From a virus (taxonomy: Duplodnaviria; Caudoviricetes), in IMG/VR virus record IMGVR_UViG_3300033555_000001, positions 246,729-310,728 of that record: a DNA stretch of 64,000 bases; one strand, written 5' to 3'. The notes beneath the pieces were generated by a model, which had not been told where the DNA came from, made no database searches, and saw only the letters and a program-made list of their open reading frames with translations. Shown piece by piece: positions 56,019 through 64,000 of this stretch (within the stretch, counting starts at the first letter, position 1; the number at the start of each line of letters is the position of its first letter). The position numbers and the translations under genes are program-made.

Positions 56019-56534
56019 ATGTCTACACCTCTACCCTGTTTACTTAACATTTACCTTGATTCAGATGGGGTAGTGTGTGATTTTGACGCAGCACTTGCTA
56101 GATCAGGCCTCTCAGTAGAAGTTTTCAAGCACCAACCCGGAACTTATCTTTGGTTAGATATAATGCCTGGGGCCACTGAGTCGCTGAATATCCTCAAGGC
56201 GCTTGATGATGAAGACAAATTGCGAGTTTGGATTCTTACAAAGACTCCCAGCCGCGCTCCGTACGCCTACACGGAGAAAGTACTGTGGTACCGCCAGCAT
56301 TTTCCATGGCTGGAGGACCGTGTTATTCTTACTCAAGATAAACACTTGATGGGCACTGAGCGCGATATTTTGTTGGATGATCGACCGCACAAAGCAAACG
56401 CTGATAAATTTCGGGGTGAGTTCATGTTGTTTGATCCGCTGCACTCAAGAGACGGCTGGGCTGCCTTAATTCAAACCGTGAAAACGCGGTTGTTTCATCA
56501 GGCTTTTGCAGAGTGCGAATTTAAAAAAGAATAA
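56019..56534 (+). CDS. 5'(3')-deoxyribonucleotidase-like HAD protein
   Basis: DSDGVVCDF, ILT, EK..W...HF, K...G...LLDDRP.N. Confidence 0.85.
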   Translation: MSTPLPCLLNIYLDSDGVVCDFDAALARSGLSVEVFKHQPGTYLWLDIMPGATESLNILKALDDEDKLRVWILTKTPSRAPYAYTEKVLWYRQHFPWLEDRVILTQDKHLMGTERDILLDDRPHKANADKFRGEFMLFDPLHSRDGWAALIQTVKTRLFHQAFAECEFKKE

Positions 56535-56655
56535 GCGTAACAGTTACATGGGGAAACCTGAAAATAGTTACAATTTAATTAACATAAGTAACAGAAATAG
56601 AGTACTATCTATTACCGAAACATTGGTAAAACTTAAACCCCACAAGGAGTATATC

Positions 56656-57450
56656 TTGAATAAAACAGTTATTGCTTTAGCCATCCTGGCAGCATCAGGA
56701 TCTTCGTTTGCAACAGATCCGGTATTTTCCGGTTCAGCCGCAGTATCAGGCGCGATTCGCAACTCGGTCACATCTTCTGCCTCAGTAGTTGGTGTTGGCA
56801 CATCTTACTCGGCAGCAGGATCAACTGCGGCTTCGTCTGCAGATGCGGCATTTACAACTCGCGGTACTCACACAACCACGGACGGTGTTACTACTGTCAC
56901 AGCAGATTCAAGCGTTAAGGGTCAAACTGACACAAAAGTAACTGGTTATTCGTATAACTCGTCAACTGGTACAGGAACAGGATCTGCAACTTCAACTGGT
57001 TGGTCGGATGCCGGATCCAATGCACACGTAACAACCACTATTCAAGGCATGCCAGGCCAGACCCTGTCTCTTAGTGGTGCCAGTGACAGTGGACGTCCAA
57101 ACCATGCCAATGGCTCTGACGTTGCAATGTCTGTTGGGACAAATCAGGGAACGTCTGCAGGAGCCATGAGCGGTGGTGATTACGACGCAACTGGTAATCT
57201 TACGGTTAAATTTGGCGATGGCTTTGTTGCTGGCTCTGTGTCTGATACCAAAAACGCTTCGTCGTACGCAGGAACTGGTCAAGCGCCAATTGGCAACTTC
57301 TCTGGCACATACGTTAATGCAACCACTCTTAACGCCAGCACAATGTCTAATGCTGGTGCTAACGGTAGCTTTACAATGTCAACAACTACGCCTGGGGCGT
57401 TTGTGCCGCCGGCAGATGATAGCGATGATAGCGATGATAGCGACAGCTAA
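56656..57450 (+). CDS. secreted Ser/Thr/Gly/Ala-rich protein
   Basis: AAGGAG RBS before TTG 56656; signal peptide; low-complexity beta-rich body. Confidence 0.7.
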   Translation: MNKTVIALAILAASGSSFATDPVFSGSAAVSGAIRNSVTSSASVVGVGTSYSAAGSTAASSADAAFTTRGTHTTTDGVTTVTADSSVKGQTDTKVTGYSYNSSTGTGTGSATSTGWSDAGSNAHVTTTIQGMPGQTLSLSGASDSGRPNHANGSDVAMSVGTNQGTSAGAMSGGDYDATGNLTVKFGDGFVAGSVSDTKNASSYAGTGQAPIGNFSGTYVNATTLNASTMSNAGANGSFTMSTTTPGAFVPPADDSDDSDDSDS

Positions 57451-57507
57451 GACGAGCTAAGAGCCTTAACTGGCTCTTATTTTAATAATAATAATTAAGG
57501 ATTAAAA

Positions 57508-58110
57508 ATGAAAAAGATTCTCTTTATGGTGTTGGCAGCCGCGACAACTTTCGCGTCTGCTACCGAAGCACCGCAAGGAATGACACCAACACTGAGTTCT
57601 ACCACCGCTTCTACACAAAGTCAGGAACAGTCCTCTGTTTCTGCAGCCATGAACGCTGGTAATGCGCAGTCAATTACTTTTACATCACCCGAAGTTTCAA
57701 CTTCAAATGTAAACTCCACCGTAAATGGTCGGCAGGAGCAGGTAGTTTCAGGTGGTACTAATAGCACAGTCCGTCAAGAGTTTGGTTCGCAAACTATTCG
57801 CAACACACCGTCAGTAAGCGGTCAAGCACTTGTTTCGTCAAACGACACGTGCATGGGTTCGGCAAGCGGCTCAGTTAACGGACCAGGTTTTGGCTTGTCG
57901 CTAGGCAAGACTTATACTGATGCAAACTGCGTGCTGTTGAAAAATAGCCGTGAGCTCTGGAACATGGGTATGAAAGCGGCTGCAATGGCGCTAATGTGCA
58001 AAGACCCAGATAACCGCGATGCGCTTGAAGTCACCGGTTATACTTGCCCACCGTCCCACCAGCACAATAGCCGCACAATGCAAGCGTCGCACGACGTGTC
58101 CGGAAACTAA
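57508..58110 (+). CDS. secreted protein (CMGS.SG...D.NC..LK...EL..MGMK.AA family)
   Basis: Signal peptide; four Cys in the C-terminal domain. Confidence 0.75.
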   Translation: MKKILFMVLAAATTFASATEAPQGMTPTLSSTTASTQSQEQSSVSAAMNAGNAQSITFTSPEVSTSNVNSTVNGRQEQVVSGGTNSTVRQEFGSQTIRNTPSVSGQALVSSNDTCMGSASGSVNGPGFGLSLGKTYTDANCVLLKNSRELWNMGMKAAAMALMCKDPDNRDALEVTGYTCPPSHQHNSRTMQASHDVSGN

Positions 58111-58119
58111 GGAGGCCCT

Positions 58120-58521
58120 ATGAAGAAGCTGCTCGCAATCTCTGCACTGCTCTTCGCATCGGCTTCCTTTGCTCAGACGGTCACACTTGAGAATGAAATT
58201 CTCGGATCTGGTCAGCCAGGTCAAACGGTTCCTGAAGTTGTTGTACCAGTAAACATTCGCGAAGGCATCTATCATGGTCAGCAGTACATGCCAGGATATC
58301 CAACCGCTGGTGTAATCTGGGCCCGCGTAATTGAAGTTCCCTGTATGAAAGTCAGTACAGGTCTGAAGTGTGATGGATATACCTGGAAACCAGCTTTCGG
58401 CCGCGCAGAATATTTGTTTGTAAAGCCAATGGTTACTACAGTTGCGGTGCCAGAAACTGTTGTTGTAGAAGTTCCAGTTGTTGTGCTGAAAGAAGTTCAA
58501 GTAAAGAAAAAGAAGGAATAA
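58120..58521 (+). CDS. secreted protein (PGYPTA..IW.RV.EVPC family)
   Basis: GGAGG RBS; signal peptide; CDGY.W.P..GR.EYLF. Confidence 0.75.
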   Translation: MKKLLAISALLFASASFAQTVTLENEILGSGQPGQTVPEVVVPVNIREGIYHGQQYMPGYPTAGVIWARVIEVPCMKVSTGLKCDGYTWKPAFGRAEYLFVKPMVTTVAVPETVVVEVPVVVLKEVQVKKKKE

Positions 58522-58806
58522 TAAGTTCCCGTTAATAGCCGCCAAGTGCGGCTATTATTTTGCCCGGACACTGCGCACCAGTGATTGACTTTCTCCAAGG
58601 CTTGTTAATAATTAAACAGTGCCGCCTTGGAGAAAAGTAATGATAATTTATATTGCATGCGTGGTCTTGATTTATTTTTTGCTGTGTGCTGTCGTGCGTC
58701 AAACTCAACACAGACCTAATATTAGATTCTTAATTAATTTGCTCTTTGGTTGGTTTATAATTGCAGCAGTAGCTGGTTTCTTTTTAATTAGTTTTAGGGC
58801 ATTCTA

Positions 58807-59148
58807 ATGGTTATCGTTGATATTGCATTGGCCACAATTTGTTTCATGGGTACATGTCACAACGCGTTAATTGGGAACGACACACCACGTGGCGAGTTCA
58901 CTCTTATTCAGCGGCTGACTGAAACTCCTGGATATGGTGGTGATGTGCTGCAGTTCAAAGAGACGGAAGAGGACGTGTACGCCATTCACCGAGTTTACTT
59001 GCTACACCCAGCTCAGCGCCGTGCTCAGCGGCTCAAGAGCAAGAATATTGCAGATCGCACAATTACTAAAGGCTGCATTAATGTTTCGCCCGAAGTTTAT
59101 GAGGCACTTGTAGAGTGCTGTTCAACTGATACTGTGGAAATTAAATAA
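58807..59148 (+). CDS. small L,D-transpeptidase-like (YkuD-fold) protein
   Basis: IG..TP.G.F...AIHRV...TKGCINV. Confidence 0.65.
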   Translation: MVIVDIALATICFMGTCHNALIGNDTPRGEFTLIQRLTETPGYGGDVLQFKETEEDVYAIHRVYLLHPAQRRAQRLKSKNIADRTITKGCINVSPEVYEALVECCSTDTVEIK

Positions 59149-59363
59149 TGCCAAATTATACTGCTACGAACACTGGCCCTTTCAAACCGAAATTACCAGC
59201 TCACCCTGATGATTTGCAGCGTTTACGTAAATCAAATAACCCAAACAACGAACGTGTTGGTCACTTCACAGGCCGCTGTGGGCACTGCGGTTCTTCAAGC
59301 CTGTGGGATGATAATTTAGCCTATGGTTGCAATTCCTGCGGTGCCCTATTATCTGGAAACTAG
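59148..59363 (+). CDS. small zinc-ribbon protein
   Basis: CGHCG...CNSCG. Confidence 0.65.
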   Translation: MPNYTATNTGPFKPKLPAHPDDLQRLRKSNNPNNERVGHFTGRCGHCGSSSLWDDNLAYGCNSCGALLSGN

Positions 59364-59440
59364 ATCGAGAATCTTCAATATACAAAATCTGTATCTCCAG
59401 TGTACTTTCGCCGGCGGTGTGATATTATGCCCTCATACCC

Positions 59441-59647
59441 TTGGAGAACAACATGTACAGAGATGATGACAAATCTGATTATTATATCTGGGAACGAAAC
59501 GACGGGTGCACCGGTTGTACTCGGTACAAGCCAAAAGACTGGTTGACTTCCACGGGGCCAGTTAGTTTTAAGGTGTTGCAAGTAACCAACAACTGGCCAG
59601 ATGCCCAGAAATTCTTGCAGAACCGTACAGCAAACACTGCCGCTTAA
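59441..59647 (+). CDS. hypothetical protein
   Basis: GGAG RBS near the ATG at 59453. Confidence 0.55.
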   Translation: MENNMYRDDDKSDYYIWERNDGCTGCTRYKPKDWLTSTGPVSFKVLQVTNNWPDAQKFLQNRTANTAA

Positions 59648-59662
59648 TACACTTAAATTAAT

Positions 59663-60076
59663 ATGTCAATCATTAAAATCTACTCTAGCAAGTCTAAGCC
59701 TGCAAAGAAAAAGCCCGGCTGGCGTGAAGCTGAGCAGCAAGAAGCAGAATGGCTGCAGGGTATTCAGCGCATGTCTCTGTCAGGCGCCAAGAGCAAAGCC
59801 GTACAGGCTAAGAAGCCGGCACCCTCGAAGATTCCGGTGATTGCCGAACATCTGAGGAATAAAGCACCTAGTCTTATTAGTACGGGTGGATCCTGCACCA
59901 AACCGGTTGCTCGTCCAGAAATCATGTACCGCGATAATCCGGAAATGTTAGAGCGAGAGCTCAAAGCCCGCGAACGTAAATTTTGCACTGCACCGGCGTA
60001 CAACAAAGGAAATGACGTCTACATCACTGACGAAATGATGAAGGATATTACCGCTGGACTAACTCGACGCCGATAG
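59663..60076 (+). CDS. conserved basic phage protein (APAYNKG motif)
   Basis: APAYNKG near the C-terminus, as recalled from T4-like phage hypotheticals. Confidence 0.65.
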   Translation: MSIIKIYSSKSKPAKKKPGWREAEQQEAEWLQGIQRMSLSGAKSKAVQAKKPAPSKIPVIAEHLRNKAPSLISTGGSCTKPVARPEIMYRDNPEMLERELKARERKFCTAPAYNKGNDVYITDEMMKDITAGLTRRR

Positions 60077-60296
60077 GAATAATCATGACTGCACTAAACA
60101 TCGCGGTAAAACCTAACTTCAATCAACACACTGATAATGCCGTCAAATTCCCAACATCATTTCAGGTGCTACCGCGGCCAGGTGACAGCATAGTAGGCTA
60201 CCGCATGACCACGAATAAATTGGAGGGGTTTGAGTTCCCCGTGCTTAAGGTAGTACATTCTTCTACTCAGATTTATCTTGTTGTTGGCGAAGCTGA

Positions 60297-60503
60297 GTGA
60301 GTGTTCTTGCAAAAATTGCGCGCGATCTGTTGCTTGGTAAATTACCGGCGGCAGCCGCGGCAGATCTAGAAAAGAGCCGGTTAGCAGTTTGCCAGGCCTG
60401 TCCAGAATTTACTAAGATGTCTAGACAGTGCCGAATGTGTTCATGTTTTATGGATTTAAAAGTAAAGCTGCTTGACGCCTCTTGCCCGATAGAAAAATGG
60501 TGA
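60297..60503 (+). CDS. small Cys-rich zinc-binding protein
   Basis: R...C..CP......C..C.C....K..L....CP..KW. Confidence 0.7.
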   Translation: MSVLAKIARDLLLGKLPAAAAADLEKSRLAVCQACPEFTKMSRQCRMCSCFMDLKVKLLDASCPIEKW

Positions 60504-60509
60504 ACAAAA

Positions 60510-61238
60510 ATGATATTTGCAAAATTACACACTGGCTCAGTACCCCTCAACGCAGTTGAAACGGTGAGCGGTCGGTACGTGGATGTTACTAATCCACAGA
60601 AAAATGACATCTGTTTATCAGATATCGCATGGGCGCTGAGCCGCCAAACCCGATTTGCAGGGCATACGCTCTCGGACGAAATTTGGTCAGTTGGCCAGCA
60701 CTCGCTGTTTGTGCACGACTTGCTTGATGCTGCGCTCGACGTCGATACTAAAACGTGCTTAAGCCGATCACTGGTAAGCTTTTTATTGCAGCGAGGCCAC
60801 ACGGATATTCTGCAAAAAATACGCAATGATGGAACGCTGGATCTTAGAGTGCGGCTGGGCGCACTGTTACACGACGCCAGCGAGGCGTACTTGGTGGACC
60901 TGCCTACCCCAGTTAAAAAGCACCCCAAGATTAAAGAGCAGTACGTGCTAATGGAGCGCAACATCTCTGCAAAGATCGACGAGGCTTTTGGGCTAGAGCC
61001 GCTTTGCAAGGGGGCCGGATCTGTTATTCTGTGGGCAGACTTAATGGCACTGCAAATAGAGGCAATTGCGCTTATGCCAAGTCGCGGTCGTGAGTGGAAT
61101 GTTGATTTTCCAGAACTAGACATTGATGAAATAGTTTTGTTCCCAGAGATAAAGCGCTGGAAAGAAAACTATAATCATTTTCTGAATACCGGTAATTACT
61201 TGATCCGAGCAATTAAGAATCAAACGCTGCAAGTATAG
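60510..61238 (+). CDS. HD-domain 5'-deoxynucleotidase (YfbR-like)
   Basis: DIA.ALS...RFAGH, SV.QHS, LLHDASEAYL.DLP.P.K, AD..AL..E. Confidence 0.88.
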   Translation: MIFAKLHTGSVPLNAVETVSGRYVDVTNPQKNDICLSDIAWALSRQTRFAGHTLSDEIWSVGQHSLFVHDLLDAALDVDTKTCLSRSLVSFLLQRGHTDILQKIRNDGTLDLRVRLGALLHDASEAYLVDLPTPVKKHPKIKEQYVLMERNISAKIDEAFGLEPLCKGAGSVILWADLMALQIEAIALMPSRGREWNVDFPELDIDEIVLFPEIKRWKENYNHFLNTGNYLIRAIKNQTLQV

Positions 61239-61333
61239 AGGCATTAGGTGACAAATAGCGTTTACAGGGTCTAAGTTAGACCCTGTTTTGTTTCCAGGCA
61301 CGCTAAATAGATAACTATCTTAATGGAGCTACT

Positions 61334-61900
61334 ATGTCTGACCTAAATCGTTTAAAAGAACTTGCTGCCTTGCTGCGCTCTAAGCCAGAATCAGTTGTTG
61401 AGTCCCATAAAACGCGCTCTGGCGCTCTTGTTGAGGAAAATAAAGATCTCCAAGAAATGTCAGCAGCCAACAAGTTCAGCTCTGGCGCCATGAAAGCCAG
61501 CGCCGCTAAGATGATGGTAAAGTCCTTTATGGCAGGTGAAGACACATTTGATATGCCTAACGGCGACAAATTCACAGCAGTAAAGAGCCTTACAGTAAAA
61601 ACATTAGAGGCTGGACAAATTGTGATGGGTTCGTACGATGCCAGCAATCAAGGTGCACATTTGTACGCTGTGCTGGGCTTCAACGACGGCAATGACAATG
61701 ATGCGGTGCAGCACAAATCAGTAAAAGAACTGCTGGCTAAGGCTGGTGTAAAATCTCTTCGCGACATTGACGGCGCGCACATGGTTGTAAAAGATCTTTC
61801 AAGCGGTGAAGAAGGCGGTTGGTTTTACCAGTATAAAGGCCGGTTTGTACGCGGTTCTGGCGCGGAACCACTAACGTTTACGCTTGTAGAAAAAGTGTAA
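61334..61900 (+). CDS. late protein, putative virion internal protein
   Basis: TAAATA 61304-61309; N-terminal RLKELA. Confidence 0.7.
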   Translation: MSDLNRLKELAALLRSKPESVVESHKTRSGALVEENKDLQEMSAANKFSSGAMKASAAKMMVKSFMAGEDTFDMPNGDKFTAVKSLTVKTLEAGQIVMGSYDASNQGAHLYAVLGFNDGNDNDAVQHKSVKELLAKAGVKSLRDIDGAHMVVKDLSSGEEGGWFYQYKGRFVRGSGAEPLTFTLVEKV

Positions 61901-62700
61901 TGCGAATCAGAGACCTAAACGAAGCCACTGTTGTAAACTTTGCCGATCGAGCAGAGGCAACTCTTAGTGGCATTGGCTCAGCGGCCAAGCGTGCGCTGGG
62001 CTCGTTTAAAAATGCAGCTGAAAAGGCCGATGCTGACGCAAAGGACACAGCCAAAAAAGCTGCTGATGCGCTCACTAAGAAAAAAACCGCTGGTGGAGAA
62101 GTTGCTGCTGCACCTACAACAATTGCCTCAATTATACTTTCTCGTCAACCTGATGAAAATGACTTGCCAGAGCTTGAAGGTTTTGATGCGTTGCAGTTTG
62201 AAAATCTACAAAACGCACTTGTAAAAATGCTTACACGCATGAACAGGTTTACCAAGACGCTCACAAGAGAATTGGAAAATGCAGATTTTGTAAATGATCA
62301 AGACAAAGGAGACATTCCAATCCGCCTTAAAAAGCGTGAAAAAAATATTATTGAGGCCTCTGACAACATGCTCTCCGCTGATAAAAACGGTGAGCACGAG
62401 GCGTGGACGCTGGCTCTTACTGATGATGATGGGACCACCGGCGCAAAATCACTGCTTGACATGCTGTACTCAATTTCGCAGCGGAATGGCGCGCAAAATC
62501 TTGCTGGCGCCGGATCTCCTGGTACAGGAGCGGGGCGTGAGCGTGCAACGGGTATGAATCTAGTAAACATGCTTGGTGCGCAGCAATTTATCTTAGAACA
62601 GCGCTTGCTGTTATTAAAACCAATTTTTGTACGGTTAGCCAGTAAGCCTGTGACCGCCGAGTGTCTCCAACGCCTTGGCAAATTAGCAAAGCGCCTCTAA
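61900..62700 (+). CDS. late protein, putative virion internal protein
   Basis: MRIRDLNE N-terminus; coupled to the previous gene. Confidence 0.7.
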   Translation: MRIRDLNEATVVNFADRAEATLSGIGSAAKRALGSFKNAAEKADADAKDTAKKAADALTKKKTAGGEVAAAPTTIASIILSRQPDENDLPELEGFDALQFENLQNALVKMLTRMNRFTKTLTRELENADFVNDQDKGDIPIRLKKREKNIIEASDNMLSADKNGEHEAWTLALTDDDGTTGAKSLLDMLYSISQRNGAQNLAGAGSPGTGAGRERATGMNLVNMLGAQQFILEQRLLLLKPIFVRLASKPVTAECLQRLGKLAKRL

Positions 62701-62813
62701 CCAGGGCTGTACTTTCTAGCAACGCTGTACATGATATAAATACTACTGACCACCCGGTCAACCTACAGAGTTTAATTTGGGCTCTTGCTCTGTGAGCCGT
62801 ACAAGGAGAAGTA

Positions 62814-63635
62814 ATGATGTATAACGACAAGCTCGTTGTCGCCGTCAAGGCGCAAGGTAAGATTCTACGCGAGCATAAAGACACCGCGCTGATGCCCTTC
62901 GGTACAGAGTACTCCATTCTGATTAAAAACAAAAACACTGTTCGAGCGCTAGTACGCGTTGAAATCGACGGCACAGATGTAACCGGCGGCACTCAACTTA
63001 TTGTTGGCCCCAACAGTTCGATTGATCTAGAGCGGTTTATTAAAAACGGGAACTTAAAAGAGGGCAATAGATTTAAATTTATTGAGCGCACACAAAAGAT
63101 TGAAGAGCATCGTGGGATCGGCGCCGAAGACGGACTTGTCAGAGTTGAGTTTGAATTTGAGCGAGCCATGACAACGACGCTGACTGTCAACAACTTCAAC
63201 AACGTACATCATTATGTAAACCCATGGCCTAATCCGCTGCGTGGTATGCCACCTTACTATGCCCAGACATCAGATGCGATTGGGCCGACCAGCGCAGACT
63301 CGTTGCCACTTGGGGTGTTTGCCGGTTATGCTCAATGCGCTAATTTATCGGCGGAATCCAGTGTAGCCAGCGCCACCCTGACCACCTCGGCAAATGAAGT
63401 AGGCATTACAGTACCAGGATCCGTATCCGACCAGCAGTTTACAGTTGGCGGCTGGTTTCCAACAGACGGGGTTCAGCACGTGATTATCATGAAGCTGCGC
63501 GGCGAAGTTAAGGGTGAGGCTATTGTTGAGCCGGTAACCGTCAAGACTAAATCCGCGTGCAGCACCTGTGGCACCAAAAACAAGGGTCCGGCAAAGTTCT
63601 GTCAGGAGTGTGGAACTGCTCTGAATATAGTATAG
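62814..63635 (+). CDS. conserved phage protein with a C-terminal double zinc ribbon
   Basis: PFG.EYSI..KN....RA.V...IDG; CSTCG...FCQECG; TATAAATA at 62735-62742. Confidence 0.8.
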   Translation: MMYNDKLVVAVKAQGKILREHKDTALMPFGTEYSILIKNKNTVRALVRVEIDGTDVTGGTQLIVGPNSSIDLERFIKNGNLKEGNRFKFIERTQKIEEHRGIGAEDGLVRVEFEFERAMTTTLTVNNFNNVHHYVNPWPNPLRGMPPYYAQTSDAIGPTSADSLPLGVFAGYAQCANLSAESSVASATLTTSANEVGITVPGSVSDQQFTVGGWFPTDGVQHVIIMKLRGEVKGEAIVEPVTVKTKSACSTCGTKNKGPAKFCQECGTALNIV

Positions 63636-63703
63636 GTATTAACGTCATGAGTCAGATCACGCAGCGCGTCTAAATAGCCTCTATACTACAAGGATTCTAC
63701 CTC

Positions 63704-64000
63704 ATGACGCTGCCAGTATTCCCAAATCCTATTTCGCTGGACTCTATTAGAGCAGAGTTTGGCGGATCCTATCCTATTAGCTTGAGCTCCTATTATGCAG
63801 GCGGCCCGTTTGTGTCGGCTGGCACAGTTGGGTTTCCTAGCAACGTGCAGGTTGCTATTCCAGCTGGCGGCCCAATTAGCCTGTCTAACTTTCACGGTGC
63901 CAGCGCTGTTCTCACAGGCCAAGCTGCAAGTGCAGCCACCAACACAGTTCTCCTGGCTCAGCTCCCAGCACAGGCCACATGGGTGCGATTTCATCTGGTT
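63704..64000 (+). CDS. 5' part of a virion/tail-fibre-associated protein (truncated by the window edge)
   Basis: MTLP....ISL..I..EFGG..PISLS.YYAGG...G.ISLSNFHG; TAAATA at 63671-63676. Confidence 0.7.
   Translation, partial: MTLPVFPNPISLDSIRAEFGGSYPISLSSYYAGGPFVSAGTVGFPSNVQVAIPAGGPISLSNFHGASAVLTGQAASAATNTVLLAQLPAQATWVRFHLV

Noticed and set aside
60263-61123. 286-aa minus-strand ORF and similar long antisense ORFs (e.g. 39694-40191, 57991-58545, 5365-5814)
   Set aside because: They are shadows of well-supported plus-strand genes and have no RBS or motifs.
1-64000. Genome-wide TAG reassignment (code 15)
   Set aside because: All long enzymes are open in code 11, and many genes end in TAG followed directly by RBS/start sites or tRNAs.

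Overview
A 64-kb accessory segment of a large lytic dsDNA myophage of T4-like or jumbo type. GC looks moderate by eye. There are no core capsid or replication genes apart from a DNA ligase and the start of a virion/tail-fibre-like gene at the right edge. The host may be a beta- or gammaproteobacterium (inference). Contents: many small genes behind a repeated sigma70-like early promoter cassette, and minus-strand or isolated genes behind T4-late-like TAAATA boxes; DNA and RNA ligases; an NAD salvage pair (NMNAT-Nudix plus NAMPT); two Pth2-fold proteins; a CCA-adding enzyme; phosphoesterases, HD and HAD nucleotidases; two L,D-transpeptidase-like genes; seven paralogous 26-aa-repeat proteins; and about 15 tRNAs plus several tRNA-like RNAs. 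The most notable observations concern translation control. (1) A circularly permuted, two-piece tmRNA gene. (2) An amber-suppressor tRNA(CUA) near a Pth2-like gene whose apparent true start is followed by an in-frame TAG at codon 4. (3) A hammerhead ribozyme whose stem I overlaps the 5' end of a tRNA-Ala-like gene. (4) A uORF upstream of the tRNA cluster whose codons mirror the tRNAs the cluster encodes. (5) tRNA bodies with structured insertions in the anticodon arm. All RNA structures were folded by eye and no database search was possible.
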